Shown here piece after piece: positions 27,901 through 40,932 of a DNA stretch of 64,000 bases. The stretch is from NCBI GenBank assembly GCA_964035545.1, contig OZ037765.1:27589504-27653503 (forward strand), written 5' to 3'. Source of the stretch: Bugula neritina (lineage: Eukaryota; Animalia; Bryozoa). A model generated the notes under the pieces. It made no database searches and had not been told where the DNA came from. It saw only the letters and a list, made by a program, of their open reading frames with translations. A program made the position numbers and the translations under genes. Position 1 is the first letter of the stretch, and the number at the start of each line of letters is the position of its first letter.

Positions 27901-30511
27901 AGCTCTCAGGGTTTGGGATTCCGCCTTGTCCTTTAGAGTAGAAAGCAAAATATGTGAATCACATATTATATGTTATATATCACATATGTTATGTACTATA
28001 TTTTATATGCTATATTATATATTACATACTAGATGTTATGTATTATATATTAGATGTTATATTATATATAATATGTTATGTATTATATCTTACAATGTTA
28101 TATTATATATTACATATGTTATGTATTATACATATATCATGTACCCCTAGCTGTATCTGGCCTTTTAGGACTGTATTGCACAGAGTAACCCCATGAAAAT
28201 CTACCGTCTTACAAAAAGGAAGTATTAAGTCTTAAACTCCGCCTGTCTGGGGACATTTAGGGATTAGCCTATGCCAGCATAGAAAATAAATATAAAATTG
28301 TGGCGCAAGAGTTCGGGTTTGCACCTCTAATACAATACTTTAAACTGCACAACTATAGTACACAGCTTCAGGAGCATAAAGCCAGCGTCAGTAAGTGGGA
28401 AGGTCACTGGCCAACATTTGATGTCTTATTATCATAATGGCTTCCTTGAAAGTGTCAGACTGAGCCAATTCTGACTTCAGTAGAAGTTAGTGAACCAAAT
28501 AGGAGTTACTGGGTTCTGCAAGATTGCTGCTTCTGCCAGAAGCAGTAATTAACAAATTATCACTTTTGGAGTAAATTATTATTGAAATTGAAAGTTTTGT
28601 GACCCGTAATAAAACAAAATTACATATTCGAAATTGCTCTCAATGGTTCTCCAATATATTAGTCTACCTGTATTAATTAGGTTATGACATACACACCCCT
28701 GATTGAGAAGCTACACAGCCATATTACAGGGTACAGGGGTGTTACCCTATAGCATAGGTGTCTAGCTACAGTGAAGAAGGGAAGAACTGATGGGGAAATT
28801 AATTATTACTAGTCTAGTAATCTAAGATTAAGTTTTATGTCAACTTGTAAAAAAGTGAAATTAATCACACAACCCAACACATCTAGATTGATTCTGCAAT
28901 GGATCACATTATATTTCTAAAATGTCAAAATTTGATAAATCAAGGTTCTGGTAGCCACTAGGATAGTGACACCAAATCTCCGAATTCAGACAAGGTGATC
29001 TAACCTAACATTATTACTAGTGACACACACCTAATATGCCATTTGCTACATATTACATGCTATTTCAATCTAATTTCCTCAACAGGTGAAGCAACTGACC
29101 ATTGGGAACCCCCACCACCTCCACCCCTCTTCCTCTATTAATCAATTTTTAGTTGACTGCTAGCTTATACAAGGTTTCATCATCGCCTTGTAAAACAACT
29201 GGTGTACAGTTTCTGCACATATAACTGCAATACTAGAGTTGCTATCTTAAAGAAAAATAGGTGCTCCAACATGCAGGATATAGATTGATGTATTGGCTAA
29301 TTTAATAGCTAGACTTTAGTAAAGAAAGCCCTTGGACAGTTTTGGCATAAATAAACCAGCAGTAAATTTATGTGCAAGCTTCCAACGACAATAAAACACT
29401 AAATGAAAGGTCAAGAATATCCTGTTGAAAGATGCTTTGTCAGTTAATAGTGCCGTTAAACGCCTCTATTTATAATTTTGGTTGCTATTTTGGAGACTTT
29501 TTTCTTAATATAGACTAGGCGTTGAAACAAAACACTGGAATTTAAACCATAAATTTCCCATTTTCAAAATTGATCAGAATTTCATTTCTCATTTCTATTT
29601 TGTAGATAAAGAATTTTTAAAAACATTCAAAAAGTAGTGAGAAAAGCAGTGAATCATGAATTACATAATCTTAAAATTGCCAGAGGTTATTATTTGTCAG
29701 CAGGTTGTTCAACTATGTCCAAACTCTAACGATCAGAAATCACTTGATAGGAGCAAAACTTTAAAAAAATTGTTGGTGATCACATGACCTAGCTCAGTTC
29801 TACTACAGTGCATATTAGCTTGAGATTCCATAAGTCACCTTATTGAGCTCTTCACATTGACTCTCATACATCATCTTCATCTTATGACTGTCCTCCGTAA
29901 GACTGCGGTAGCACTCACGCAGCTGGTCCATTTCATTCTTGAGATGGTTGTATCTACAATATCTCTTTCAATTTTGGCAACAGTCTTCAGTGTCCAGTGA
30001 ATTCAAACCAAATTAAAGTTTCAACCAAATGAAAATCTAGTAGAAAAATAACTGAGCTTCTGATCTCACTTCTCCAAATACATTCAGCAAAGAGTAAACA
30101 CGGTACCTGGCCACAGAGTCCAAGTAAGATTGGTGAGACTCCATCAGCTGTTGTTTATACATGCCATTCTCAGCTTCTAACTTACCAGCGTGAGCCTGCC
30201 AGATGCAACAAGTAGAATAAGACATATTGTTACATAAACATTACATCAACTAGTTGTGAAGGAACCTATCTCTAGCAGGTTCTACTCCATAGCACTCATT
30301 AATCTATAGAACTCAAATTGGGAAAGGGAAAAAAAATCAGAATTGATTTAGATATACTGCGTCACCAAGCCTTGGAGAGGTGATTAATAGAAGCAATTGA
30401 AGCATTAGAGAGGTATAAGAAACCTTAAGGCTTTCCATGTCTCTATAATCCCTCATAGACATGTCACAAGTAGTCTCTAACTCCTGATAACTGCTCCTTG
30501 TGAGTGCAAGT
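9071..30511 (-). CDS. DLG5: Disks large homolog 5 (MAGUK: coiled coil, 4 PDZ, SH3, guanylate kinase-like); about 30 exons, start codon not resolved
   Basis: Exons include 30511-30424, 30195-30107, 29953-29839, 27930-27784, 25942-25772, 24406-24210, 21871-21735, 21458-21242, PDZ exons at ~20430-18826, ~13552-13006 and ~12487-12206, SH3 ~11950-11738, GUK ~11112-10260, and last exon 9159-9071 (..DEEQEKHVWL*). DLG5-type motifs RRDWAFQERDKIVQERESIRRQCDELRRERDRAVS, SRDSAIDND..WDTE, GDHFYVRAHF, RRSFFKRR. Confidence 0.93.
9385..9968. mobile_element. MITE/foldback element in the last DLG5 intron, with 40-bp subterminal tandem repeats and an internal (TA)n
   Basis: TIRs ggtgtcatcgtagatagacgcttccc / gggaagcgtctatctgggatgaaacc (23 of 26 complementary); a second inverted pair tattttggtacaatatat / atatattgtaccaaaata; flanks gtgagcat / gtatgcat (6 of 8). 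Confidence 0.8.
20484..20620. repeat. 30-bp minisatellite, about 4.5 copies, DLG5 intron
   Basis: Unit ACTATTACTGTCAGTACAGAGTAGCA(TGTT) repeated. Confidence 0.9.
24465..24785. repeat. 17-bp minisatellite (TAATACTAACTCTGTR-type), about 19 copies, DLG5 intron
   Basis: Directly visible tandem units. Confidence 0.95.
27950..28140. repeat. Degenerate TATTATAT/ATGTT low-complexity repeat, DLG5 intron
   Basis: Directly visible; explains the Y/I-rich ORFs at 27926 and 27954. Confidence 0.8.
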
Positions 30512-33174
30512 CTTTACCAACACAAGTGAATTGCATTCATAGAAAGCATTTGGAGAGCCCATCAAACTAGCAATGTTCCCAGAGCCTTCTACAAAATATG
30601 TTATAAAAGCTATTTTATTTTGATTTGAGTTTCAATATAAACATACAGGTAATAAAATTGTATTCAAATATATTTTATTGCAGTCAAGAGTGAAACTATT
30701 GTCAAATGCAGAAACCATTATTATATGAAAGAGATGAAGAAAAAATGTTTTGTTACTTAGAATATAAAATAAGTAACTGAAATATAAAGTCAAACTTAGC
30801 TTGTAACAAATTATAAAGTGAATATAAAATTAATAACACAATTCTATTCTATGTAAAAGTACTTAATGCAAATTATAAATGAAATGACAGTTTCCAAGTA
30901 ATTACATAACTTAATTTTGCTTACACATTAAGCATTCACTATATTTAAAGTACTATTCATGAATATATTGTAAGGTGCTATATTTCATGAACTAAGCTCA
31001 TGCATAATCTCACAGTTTATTTATTCACAGCCTCTAAATGATAGATATTTATTATATTTCATTTGAACTCTATGGTCAATGGCTAAAAACTCTGTAAGAC
31101 AGTTTTTCATCTAATTAAATCAGACAGAGGGGCAGGAAACTATTATTACTGCAATTATACACTTTCAATGGCTGAATGTCACATCTACTGGGTCACCACA
31201 GCATTTGCAATTATCATAATATCTGAGGTGCCACTTTGTTTGCACAGTATAAAGATAAGTGAAAGATAGTATATACTATATATAGCACGCTGATGATAAT
31301 AATAGACCACTAAAAATAGAAATGATTCCTAATGAAGGTTAGCATCTGCAGATAGTACGATTATATACAGTAGCATAAATTTCTTACAGATAGCAATAAA
31401 AAGAAAGAAGATAGAAGGAAAATCAGTTTTGAATTTGGACCATTATACTGTAGATAAACTTCAGTTTAAATACATAGAAATGTGAAGGTAGTGTTTAAAA
31501 ACTAAAATGTCAAAAAGATGATTCTTTGAATATATCAACACATTATCACAATACTAAATCAGGCAAAATTCCAAAAAGAACTTGAAACATTAAACAGCCA
31601 CAGTGCATTAAACATAATTGTTCTAATTTCATAATTGATAAAGAATTTAGAAGCAAAAAAATTTGAAATTGAAGACCATAGATTTACTAATTATCAACAT
31701 TACGATATAAATATTCTTTAGGTACTACCCTAAACAACATACTGGCTAAAGTACTTCATACTTTAATCACTTGAAAGTATTATAATTCATATTATTTTAA
31801 CGTAGAAGTTGAAACCTATTATGTTGTATCAATCACAGTATAAACAAAACTGAAATTTTCTAATAATATAAATGAATAACCAAACATGGGAAGCTATCAT
31901 TTTGTTCACCAATTAAATTTAATCTTCAACAGAACTAAAAAAACAGGTCCGTCAATAAATCCTACTCACACCAAAACAATTTGATTGAATTCGGATCAAA
32001 CTCTTGGCTTGCAACATTTTTACTTAAAATAAAAAGCACCCGGGTGAAAATTTCTTCACAAGAACTGATGTCAGTGTGCTCAGAGCCTATGATTGCTAGA
32101 ACCTGAGAAAATATCTCTATGAATCTCCATTAGGATTTTTACTTAATGATTTTAATAATTATAAAGCTCCACGCTTTGAAGAATATTTTCAATAGTGAAT
32201 GTTAGCAAGTGATTACCACCGTTTTTATTAGAAAACCCGGCAGTTTTTTATTTTAATAATTTCATCTCCACTGGTACCATGACTGATATCAATATTTAAT
32301 AATGATGTTTAGATACACATATAACCTAAGTCTCCAGTAATGAATTGTTACTAAATAATAGCTATTAATTCTAATTATTCACTCACCAATAAGTGATATA
32401 GAAAGCTCAACTTGCAATTATAGAACTAAAAATTTATAATCCCAGTATAAAACTTAGTCTAAACAATCTTATTTAAAATAGAATAAACTATATACAACCA
32501 TCAGTAGTAATTAGACTTGACATATTTTATTACTGAGTAAGTAATAAAATAAAGTCAAATAAAATTTAAAGATCAGTAAAATACTTTGTTTATGTAACAA
32601 TATATTATATTATATTAATTAATGTGACTACAAAATATGAATGTGTCAGCATGAGTATAGGTATGAGCATCCATAGGGTGTAAATGTATTGTATAATACT
32701 TACACTAACATTTACTACAACGCCTGAACTACAGGTATAACATTACCTGTGAGTAAAAGTAATACTAATACAGCAATAATAATCGAAGTTATTTTGTTTA
32801 TCTATTATGATTATCAGTTATGAGTAACATCAAACTAAAACTGAAAGTCAACTTGAAGCACTATTCACAATATCAGTCCCAGAGTGAGGGTGATTGTATG
32901 GTAAAAATCACAGTGTGAATGTCAATGTGAAACCTAATAAGGCATTGAAAATGAATATATCTCGAAACTGTAATACTAACATTAAAAGAGTTAAACTAAT
33001 GTTAATAGTAAATTAAATATTTAATTTATGCTAACTAAGTCCAAGTTACAGGTAACAGCAACAGGCAATAGTAATACTATCAGTATCATTATGACTATTA
33101 CTAACTAAAACTGTGCCAGTAGAAGTTAGTAAGTCAGCTACTGTTAATTTTAATATCAAATTCAATATTAATAT

Positions 33175-33625
33175 GGGTGCAGGTCATTTCATACACAAGT
33201 CGTTTCTTACCCACTTTTCTCGGTTGTTTTATACACATCAATATGAATTAACTACAATACATATTTTTTGATATCTATTTATTATTTGATGTACAAGTCA
33301 TACAGTACAGCTCACAAGTAACTTGCACATTTTATTTCGCAGCATGCTTATTTATTATTGAGATATAGAGATGTTATGGAGGTAACTGCTCTTTTGGTCT
33401 AGATATTATCAGTAGATGACAACACTTAGTCATTGAATATATAGCTTTTTTGTTTCTGGGATGCAATAAATAAGTAAACTGGCATCATTTAAAATGGTTA
33501 TCCAGTGGATCAATTTATTATTCATTTTGTGTACGGAATAGACAGCGGTTTGTGTACAAAACAACTAATTTGTATACGAAATGACAGGTGTACGAAATGA
33601 CTTGTGTACAAAATGACAGTAACCC
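33175..33625. mobile_element. MITE with degenerate TIRs and subterminal TACGAAATGAC repeats
   Basis: Left gggtgcaggtcatttcatacacaagtcgtttc versus right gaaatgacttgtgtacaaaatgacagtaaccc; flanks attaatat / atcaatgt (6 of 8). Confidence 0.75.
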
Positions 33626-33699
33626 ATCAATGTTATATGAATATAAATAAAAGCTTTTTAGTTCTTACGGCTCAGTTATACTCAATTTTTATCTTACTT

Positions 33700-35230
33700 T
33701 AACTCTTACAGTTACTGTTTTACAGCTACTCATAATGTTACAGACCGAGACTACAGCCCTTCAATAAAATGAAAATCAAATTGAAGTACAATTATTACTA
33801 TAAGTATAAATATAACATTAATATTACTGTTAAAGTTACAATTAGTATTATTATTACTATTAGTATAACTAATAGTCTATAAACACTATTATACTTAGTG
33901 AATTACTATTACTATTTTCATTTTGATTATCGTCATGACTTGGGGGCATTATCATTGTGATTATTTATCATTTAAAATTAATGATTAATATAAATATGAT
34001 TTATATAATTTAAATCAGCATTTCTATGATAACGATTTTTAGTATGATGATGATTATCATTATTATCACGATAATCAAATTAAAATTCAATGATCGACAA
34101 TACAATAGAAAAGGCTGAGACATAGTGATACTCATATTGATATTGATACTCATAGTCAAGTCACACCCATAGAGATAGTATTAGTATTACTATATTTACT
34201 ACGTCTATTAATATAATTATTATTAGTCATAGTCACTCATAGTCATAGTCGTACTCGTAGTGATACTGATAGTGATACTATTACTCATAAGGCTAAGCCA
34301 TAATTATAACCACAATGATAATATTTATATTCATATTACTTATCAGTATAACTATAACTTTATAAATTAAAATTATAAATATAACGATAAGTATTAGACT
34401 AAGAGTAAGTATTACTATTAGTATTACTAAAAGTAAAGTCTAAAACTAAAAGTAAAAGTGCAATATTATGATTAACTGTAAGTGTAACTCTGCAACACTA
34501 CCTGTAAGTATTTACTCAGTAATACTTACACTTACAGAGCTACAGTTAATTCACTGCATTACTATTAGTATAACTATAAGTATTACTATTACTATAGTAT
34601 CACTATTAGTATTACTAATAGTAATACTATTAGTATTAGTATTACTATAACTATAAGTATAACCATGTCTGTTGCCAATGCCATTGGTATTACTATTAGT
34701 ATTAGTATTATTATTACTATTAGTATTACCATTAGTATTAGTATTACTATAACTATTGCCTATTATAATTATCATTACTATTAGTATCACTATTACTATT
34801 ACAGTATTAGACATTAGACTTAGTGATTGGTCTGATCATTAGACTTAGAAATAGAGGCGCTTCTGATAGTGATTTGCCTTGGGTTACGCACGTAGTACTA
34901 CTAGTACTAGTACACTACTAGTAGTACTCACTAGTAGTAGTACTACTACTACTAGACTAGTAGTAGTAATACTATTAGAGTTAGACTAGTAGAACTAGCA
35001 ACTAGTACTACTACGTCTACTAGTAGCACTATAAGTATAACTATTAATATTACTATTACTATTAGTATTTGACAGCTGACCAGTGACTGTCGACTCGTTG
35101 AGAACTTTGAGTTACTGTTAGTGTTAGTGTTACTGTTAGTGTTGACTCTAATTTTTATTCATTTTCAACTTACAAGTGAATCGCTGTGACTGTCATTGTA
35201 ATTATCATGGTGCTCGAACTATAATTAACT
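33700..35230. repeat. TAG/CTA/ATT-rich low-complexity tract at the presumed DLG5/FAM167 divergent 5' region
   Basis: Degenerate (AGT)n, (ACT)n and (ATTAGT)n runs. Confidence 0.8.
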
Positions 35231-36359
35231 AAATAAATTATATATCTTAGTAGCTACCCTAACAAAAAACAATGTTACTGTGAATGTAAATGTAAATCAG
35301 TATGTGCGTTTACTCGTTAGTCATTTAGCAAATTAGACTGTTACTTTGACCCTTTATTATTTTTGAATTTTCGTAATGCGGAGTCAAATTTAAAAGCCAC
35401 AATCTTTAAAAAGTTGGTCTAAATTTTGAAGAGTTTTCCTTCCATCTTAGTAAAAGACTATTACTAAAATTTCATTACAGGGAGATAACTCTTTGCACAC
35501 GTAGCATTATCACATTTGGTCAAAGCCCAACAATATTCTTACATTATTAAGTCATTAACAATATTATATCATATAAAGTTTCAGATTAAAATATTATCAT
35601 CCTTGCAGGGTAAGATATTTTATTGATGTTATAATAGAAAAAGAAATATGCCAGTATATATTTTGTGATAGCTATATTGATACTTTGATAAGAAAATCCT
35701 CTTTCGATCCTCGAGGGATAGGCAGGCTGCTAATAAAACATGAAAGTTCATAACTAAATGAGCACACGCATCATGCTTGTTTTCGAAAAAAATATTATAT
35801 TTTTTAAAAAAAGTATCTGATTAAATATGATTACAATTAGTTTTGGATACATAACACCTAAAAGGATATTAAAAAACTACTCATTATGCTTGGTATTTAA
35901 CTTTTCTTTCGATTATGATAAAACAAAATTGTTAAAGGGCTAAAGAGCATGGCAGTGGGAGACAAGAATGGTTGAGTTCTTCATTCTTAGAGCAAAATAC
36001 AATTTCAAGACTCACTGGCTGAAAATGTTGGTCCCAGACTTTTCAACACTCGAATTACCATATGAATTATAAGCTGTTGTGTGAGCTTATATAGTTTCTA
36101 TCTGTTTTTATAACTGTATTGAAGAAAGTTGTTGTGCATTAAAGCTTGATCTTGGCTTATTTAAGGAAAATTTTGCTAGATTTTACTATTTTTATATTAT
36201 ATTTATGAATTCAGTACTCATAATAATAATGCCAGTTTTTAAACCAAAGTAAAAATTTGCCCATGATATAACTAAGCCTAGGATCAAATATTGTGGCGAC
36301 AACTCTTATATTTATTATACTAATTACGAAATAAAGATAACATAACTCTGAAGGAAAAT

Positions 36360-36546
<187 letters not shown>

Positions 36547-37769
36547 CCATTTTAACTCTAGGCGAAATGATATCTATATGCAAAGCATGTGTTTGCGATC
36601 AACTTTGTTATTACAAACACATGGTGAGCATATTATATAGCATAAAAATACATGATGCGAACACCATTGCATATTTTTGTTATAATATGGTACACAGTTT
36701 TTTTACTAATAGAGTATTAAACTTTTCTCTTTTAACCATCAATCATAAATTTTACTAACCTATTAGTTTATGGAAACAGTGTTAAGAAAACCATGATTAT
36801 TGACTTGGATCTTTTGATGTGTATTGGTGCCCAAAGTGCAGCTACACTTTTACTGGCTATATTATAATAATAATTATTGTATATAAGTGATGATGCTGGT
36901 TAAGCTTATATCAGCCATATAAACAATGCAATTGGGTTAACAGAGTTTTTTAGTATTATAGTCATCAAAACTCTCCTTCACTGGTGATCTGGTTCTATGC
37001 AAATCTCTAAATCTTTGTAGCAGTTTTAATGGTGTATCTCATGGGCAAGAATATATTTAATGTCATTATTTATTACATATAATTAATTAAAGACTGAAAC
37101 ATTGTAACTCTCATGTCTAAATTTTTAGTTTATAAATATTATTGAAAAATGTGCAAAGTTCAATGCGCACACATTTAAAGAGTTTTCAAACAGTTTAAAA
37201 GTACCCAAGAGGTATGAGGAAGGCAGCCAGAAGAAGTGAAATAACAGAGTGTAGGTATGGATGATTCAACACCCATAATGAATTATATGAGCTGAGTTCA
37301 TAGCTGCAAAATCACAATCTACATAATTCTTTTAGTTAACAAGTAAACAGCTTCACAACTATAAGTTCTGCCAAGTAATTGATTTGGAATTGTCTTTTCA
37401 TCTTCAACAGAGAAAAGTGGGCTGGCCAAGCTTTCAATAGTGCCCTTTGTGACCTTGTACCACTCAACACTATAATATGTATATTACACGTCTCTGAATG
37501 ATTCAATCATTTATAAAAAAAGTTATTGCTATTAAGCTTTACTTGCTGTAAGAATCTTTCACATTCTTATTTGGTTACTTTTTAGAACTATTACTTCTGA
37601 TGGTACGTTGCACTGTTTTATTGTTTATATTTTACTACGGTATAGTTTTTTAAAAATGTAATGTTTTTAACAGAATAAGACTCTTTATTTGTACTTTATT
37701 ACTTATGGAACTATTTTACAGACTAAGGGCACAGCAGTATTGATACTTCCACATAATTGACTGCAAAAT

Positions 37770-39506
37770 ATGGATCCATATAACTCTCAGAACATACCAA
37801 TAATACAGTTCACACCAGCAGAGTTAGACCCAAACTTCACAGACAATAAAAAAATTAAGTTGGAGCTAAATAACAACACTGAGAAACAAGATTTTGTTTC
37901 TTCTGAGGAAAATCAAACAGTGAAACTTGTGAATTCGGATAGGAAAGATAAAACTATAACTGAACGAATAAGCGATTTAGGTTACTGCATAAGATGGATC
38001 ACCGAAGAACTGGTAAGAGTTATAATAAAATGTAATTTTTTGGAGTAAAAGTGTTGCATCATAGAATTACAAAATCTTCATTTTTTTTCTCTAAGAAAAA
38101 TTGGAATATGTAAGTGTATGGACTTGAAAGAATATGTAGACTGATTTATTTAACTTTTTACCATAAAAAATTTGTTATGTCATTTTTGTGGTGTGCTTTA
38201 AGATTATTTAAACAAAACTTAACCTCAAATTGATTTATTGCCCTGTTGTTCATGGCTCAAGTGTGGAGTGTATTTGATTTCAGTTCATTTAAATTCTTTA
38301 TAATACCTTTACCATGAGTTATCTTAATCCTTATCTCCACGCTAAAGAGAAATACCACACTTGCACATAGAGCTAATTCCTCTAATCAGCTAGATAAAAC
38401 TTTTCCTATTCTGATAGTTCGATGTAGTTAATTAGTATTTACTTGCTAAACTACACGTTCATGAGTCAAGTCAGACCAATAACTTCCTTCATATTGGACA
38501 AGCAATATGTTGAAATTTGATGTTGAAAAAATAGCTGTCTTAGCTGGTTAGATGAATCCATTACTTTGCACGCAAAAACTGCTTTTACTAAAAATGTTGC
38601 TTGCTATCACCTGCAAAGCGTAAAATTTACGACAGCAGCTGTGCATATTATCAATTAGTGAGAATGAAATATCCATAGCACTATGCAAACATACTATAAA
38701 TATCTTGTAATTCACACTGTGTTAAGGCATATATTATATTATTTGTTACGAGCTATTATATAACAAGAGATTAAAGCAAAGAAATTGATGAAGTCTAGAT
38801 ATTACATTTATTTGAAATTGGAACTAAGTAAAATATGTATTCAATGACCACTTATTATTCAATTCCCAATTGAGTTAAATTGAAAGATATGAAAATTCCT
38901 CAGACCCTAAACAATAATTGAAAAGTATGAATCAAAAATTTCAAGCTGGTGTGAGGTCAAGAGAGCTAACCTATCCTATTTGAACAAGCACAATATGCCA
39001 TGGCACCAGGGCCTCATCCTAGAAGTATACTTCTCTGATTCATATTGAATATGAATATTATTTCTGAATACAAGTTATATCATAAGCTATTGTTGAAGGA
39101 ACAGGCAATGAGTGCTGTAGAAAATAAATAAGCAATTGAGCTCTTTTTTGAACCTAACACTCTCCTTTCCACCTTGTAGGCAACTTTAAAAAAGACAGAC
39201 GAGTCTTTAGCTAAACAGTTCACAGACATGGAAATGGAGATTCAGCACATTGGCAGCCTCATCCCCACAAGTCCTTTCACTTCCTGCAGTAGCTTGCAAT
39301 CTCATGAAGACGATCTTGCTTTTGATCAGCTCAGTTTATCCGATCAATGTGAACATGAGTTTAGAGGCCGAACCTCTAGTTTATTGCTTCCGCAGAGAAG
39401 TCAAATGTTTAGCCCCAATTTACACAGAAAAGCAACAACTAATAGGACTTTAAATAAATTAACTAGGCCCAAGTCTTTAACACATTTGAATAGTCTTTGT
39501 ATATGA
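37770..39506 (+). CDS. FAM167-family-like coiled-coil protein; 2 coding exons, 189 aa
   Basis: Exons 37770-38012 and 39180-39506 (phase 0, GTAAGA...TTGTAG). The spliced junction reads ISDLGYCIRWITEEL|ATLKKTDESLAKQFTDMEMEIQHI, resembling the FAM167 core (..IEWLRKELxEMRxQDQQLARQLMRLRxDI..) as recalled. Confidence 0.65.
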
Positions 39507-40932
39507 CACTAGCTATTACAACCACATAGAATAATATTCTTTTTTTTAAGATAATTCATTTTGTAATTAGAATTTTGTATGATAATACAGATTGTTTACA
39601 TGTAAATAAGTAAAGAAAACACAAAGGCTAATTGTCTTTGTTGATATACCACTTACAATCAACAGGTACAATTCTTAGCTTGGTTTACTCAGGTAATTGC
39701 AAAGAAACAGTTGGTTAGTGTTTATATATCAGTTATATCGCAAGGTATAAGTGTGTAGATACATAGCAGAGGAGGGGGACTAGCAGGTAGTTTTATATTG
39801 GCTTATATCTGATTTAAGGACCGATTGATGTGGCAGTTGAATAACATCAAAGTTCAGCTACAATTAAAATAAAAACTTTAGAAATCTGACACTCCTATGA
39901 ATAAGCAGCATTTCAAAGCTACATTGATTATAACAAACATGTATAGAGGTGAGATGTGAGAGGCATGTTTTGCTCTGACTAAGTAAGAGAAAGCTCCAGT
40001 AGCTGATGAATGCTTGAAGATTGTGTGCTAAAAATGCACTAAAACAACAACTAGTCAAAAGCAGATCAATACCTGCACAAAAGTGCTTAGAAAAGCTATG
40101 GCATGCATAAATGCGTACAAAAATCGTCTAGTATTTAGAAATTATTGTGAACAGACTGAAATGCTGTATATACGATCACCAAGGTATTTGAACTATTGAT
40201 TGAAAATAGAAAGTAGCTTTGAATATTACAGAACTATTCAACACCGAGACGACTTAATGACACCTCTATCAACTATATTGGTCATGACATGATACCTGGT
40301 CTAAAGCTTCAGCCATTTTTATTCTAACTCAATTTTCCACCTATTCATACACCAGTTTCTGTGTGAGCATGAAACTTGATACTCTATCGAAATGCATCAA
40401 TGCATTATCAAATAATTAGACATGCAACTATCTATGGTATGCTATGACTTAAATAATAAGGAGACATTTCACTTCAGGGCTAAAGGTAATGTCTATTTGC
40501 AAAAGGTTGACACACTACAAATAGCTTTCATGTTCAGCATTGATTCATTATATAACATGAAAGAGCCTATTCTGAACATACAATACGTAATTTGCAACTA
40601 GTTTAGCTCTCAGTTGAGCATACAAAATATTATTTCAACACACATGTGATACATTCTGATATTCTTATCTAAATATGCTAAGAAGAGATTCAGAAAAAAG
40701 TGAAAAAATGAATATGCCGTTGACTAATGGGTGATTTGCAGAGGAATGCATGCATACAGGATATCACCTATTTACATATTTATAAATATAATTGTATGAT
40801 TTATAACTGGAATATATTTATTCAATCATTTTTTGGTGTAAAATAAAAATATTTATACAGAATAGACAAAAAATATGAGTAGTATTTACAACTTATAGCT
40901 AGGTGCAAAGTAGGAACTGGACGGAATTTGTT

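Noticed and set aside
34468-34814. Hydrophobic/Asn-Thr ORFs (likewise 53315-53539, 55922-56134, 27926-28196)
   Set aside because: Products of low-complexity tracts, with no splice or homology support.
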